A stretch of 64,000 nt of DNA, taken from contig CAZJHX010000029.1 in assembly GCA_964545715.1 (NCBI GenBank), positions 6,215-70,214 of the forward strand, written 5' to 3'. The notes beneath the pieces are model-generated. The model was not told where the DNA came from. It saw nothing but the letters and a program-made list of their open reading frames with translations, and ran no database searches. Positions 55,101 through 58,100 of the stretch are shown piece by piece (positions within the stretch are counted from its first letter, which is position 1; each line of letters opens with the position of its first letter). Source of the stretch: an uncultured Myxococcales bacterium (lineage in GTDB: Bacteria; Myxococcota_A; UBA9042; GCA-2863065). A program made the position numbers and the translations under genes.

Positions 55101-58100
55101 GCCGGTGCGTGATGCGGCAGCAGCGGCGCTGTGGCAGCTGGAGTGGATCCCGATCGGCGTGCGCACACACGTGTCGGACGAGGGCTTTGCCCGCTGGGTC
55201 ACCCGCGCCGAGCTGAGCGCGCGCACGGGCGTTGAGGGCGACCAGCAGGCGATGCTGATCGCGGAGCTGGGCAGCGCAGACCCGGGGGTACGGCGCACAG
55301 CCATCGAGATGCTGGCGCGCTGGAAAGACCGTGGGCACGCCGCCCAGATCGAGCCGCTGCTAGACGACGTCAGCCGACACGTACGACTGGGCGCTATCGA
55401 CGCGCTCGAGCGCCTGGACGCGGTACCCGTGAAGGGGCGTGAGGGCGCGTTGGCGCACGTCGCGCGCGGCCGCATGACCGAGGCCGCCGCGCTGGGCGAC
55501 GTCGCCGGCTCGGGCCTGTCGCGTGCGGTCAGCGAGCATCCTGAGGGAGAGCGGGCGGCCGCGGCCGTGGCGTTGCGCAACCTGTCGGCGGGCGAGGGCG
55601 CACGAGCGCTGGCGGATGCGCTGCGGGACAGCTCGGCGCGGGTTCGGCTGGCGGCCGCCGGGTCGCTGGGGTTCCTGAAGGCCGAGTCGGCCGCGCTCGG
55701 CCTGGCGCTGAGCGATGCGGACGTGTTTGTACGACAAGCAGCAGCGCAGGCGCTAGGCGGGATGGGCGACGAGGGCATCACGCACCTGCGGTCCGCGCTC
55801 ACGCACGAGGACACCGGCGCACGGCAGGCGGCGGCGACCGGGCTTGGAGCGGCAGGTGACGCCAAGAGTCTGGACGCGCTGCTCGAGCGGCTGAGCGTGG
55901 ACGGCGACAGCGAAGTGCGCACCGCGGCGGCGATCGGGCTTCTGGCGCTGCGGCAGGCGGTTGAGAAACCCAAGCCGGTCGACAAGGCCGCTGAGCCGGC
56001 GCTGATCACGGCCCTGACGGACCAGGACGAGACCGTGCGAGTGGGCGTGGCGAGCGCGCTGGCGGTCTACCCGGGCAAGACGGCTGAGGCCGCGTTGATC
56101 GACGCGCTGGGTGACAGCGCGGAGGCGGTGCGTCGAACCGCCCTGGCGTCCCTGGCAGAGCGCGGGTGGGTGCCGCAGGACGATGTGGCCGAGGCGATCG
56201 TTGCGCTGGCCGCCGAGGACTGGACGGCGCTGGGCGCGGCGGGCCAGGTGGCGGTGCCGTTTGTGGAGAAGGTGCTGGCCGAGACCGGCGACGATCCGGT
56301 GGCTGTGGCCAGGCGCGTGGGTGCAGCCAAGGCCCTGGGAGACATTGGCGGGGCGACGGCGACCGGCGTGCTGGAGCGCGCACTGACCGACTCGAGCGCG
56401 GCCGTGCGCGCAATGGTGACGCGCGGAATCGGACACAACGCCGCGGTCGCATCCGCGGCGGCGGCCCCGGTTTTGCGGGAGCTGCTGGCCAACGATCCGA
56501 TGGCGACGGTGCGCGTGGGGGCGGCCACGGCGCTGGGCATATTGGGCGACAAGGCGGCATCGCAGCTGCTGAGCGATGCGGCCGAGACCGACGACCATCC
56601 CGGGGTGCGTTTTGCCGCGGCGCGTGCGCTGGCCAGCCCTGAGATCGGGCAGGTGCAGCCGCTGATCAAGAAGCTGAGCTCGCCGGACGAGGAGATCCGC
56701 GCCGGTGCGGCGGAATCGCTGGGACACGCGGGCCGGCTCGAAGGCATCGACGCGCTGGTCGGCGCGCTGGGCGACGCGACCGCCGCTGTGCGGCAGAAGG
56801 CGACCGAGGCGCTGGGACGGCTGTCCTGGGTGCCCGTCGGCCTGCGCGGGGCGCCGGACGCCGAGGGCTACAGCCGGTGGCTGACCCGGACGGAGTTGGT
56901 GCAGCGGACGGGCATCGACGGCGATCAGGTCGACATGCTGGTGGCGATGCTGGGCGCTGACGACGCATCCGTGCGCAAGGCCGGGCTGGAGGCCTTGGGT
57001 CGCTCGCGGGCGGCAGACCAGGTGGCCGCCATCGAGCCGCTGCTGGAGGACACCAGCGAGCATGTCCGCCGGGAGGCCGCCGACACCCTGGTGGTGTTGC
57101 AGGCCGACGTGAGCGGCGCGTCGACGCGAGTGGCGCTGGGCGACTTCGCTGGTGCCGCCGCGGCGGGCGGTCGGGCCCCGCTGATCCGCGCCATGCTGGA
57201 GAACGTCTCAGACGCCGACCGGAGCGCGGCGGCGACAGCGCTGGCGGCGGTGGGCGGCGATGATGTAGCCACGGCGCTGGCCCGAGCGCTGGGAGACGAA
57301 TCAACAGCAGTACGCGTGGCGGCAGCCGTATCGCTTGGGAGGCTCGAGGCCACGCTGGCGGCGCCGGCGCTGCAGGCGTTGCTGGCCGATTATGAGGCGG
57401 ACGCTCGAGATGCCGCCGCGACAGCGCTCACCCGACTGGGCGAGGCCGGGCGGAAGGTACTGATCGGCGGACTGAGCAGCGCGGCAGCCGAGGCGCGGGC
57501 AGTCGCGGCGCGGGCGCTCGGGACGCTGGGACCGGTCGCCAACGCGGCGGACGGCCCGCTGGCCGAGGTGCTGTCGACGGACTTCAGCTACGCGGCGAGA
57601 CTGGAGGCGGCCAACGCGCTGGCCCACATCGAGGGTAAGACCAGCGGAGAGGCGCTGCTGGAGGCGGTGCAGGACGATCCGGAGCCGACGGTGCGAGCGG
57701 CGGCGGCGCGTGCGATCGGCTACCGCGACATCAAGGGCGCGGAGGACGTGCTGGTGCCGGCGCTCGGAGACGTGCTCAGCGACGTGCGCGCGGCGGCGAC
57801 GGCAGCGCTGTACGCCATCGGATGGCAGCCGAGTGACGCGGTGGGCGCCGGCTTGATCGCGCTGGCCCAGAGCGACTGGGACACGTTGGTGGAGATCGGC
57901 GTGCCGGCGATCCCGCTGGTGACGCGGGTGATCAGCGACCAGGACACCGACGCGGACAGCGTGAACCGGCGAGTAGAGATCGTCGGGGCGCTGGAGCGCA
58001 TGGGCGCGGTGGCCGGCGAAGCGGTGGCGCTGGGCCTGGACGATCTCTCGCACAAGGTGCGGGCCGTGGCGACGCGGACGGTCGGACGGCTGGGTCACAG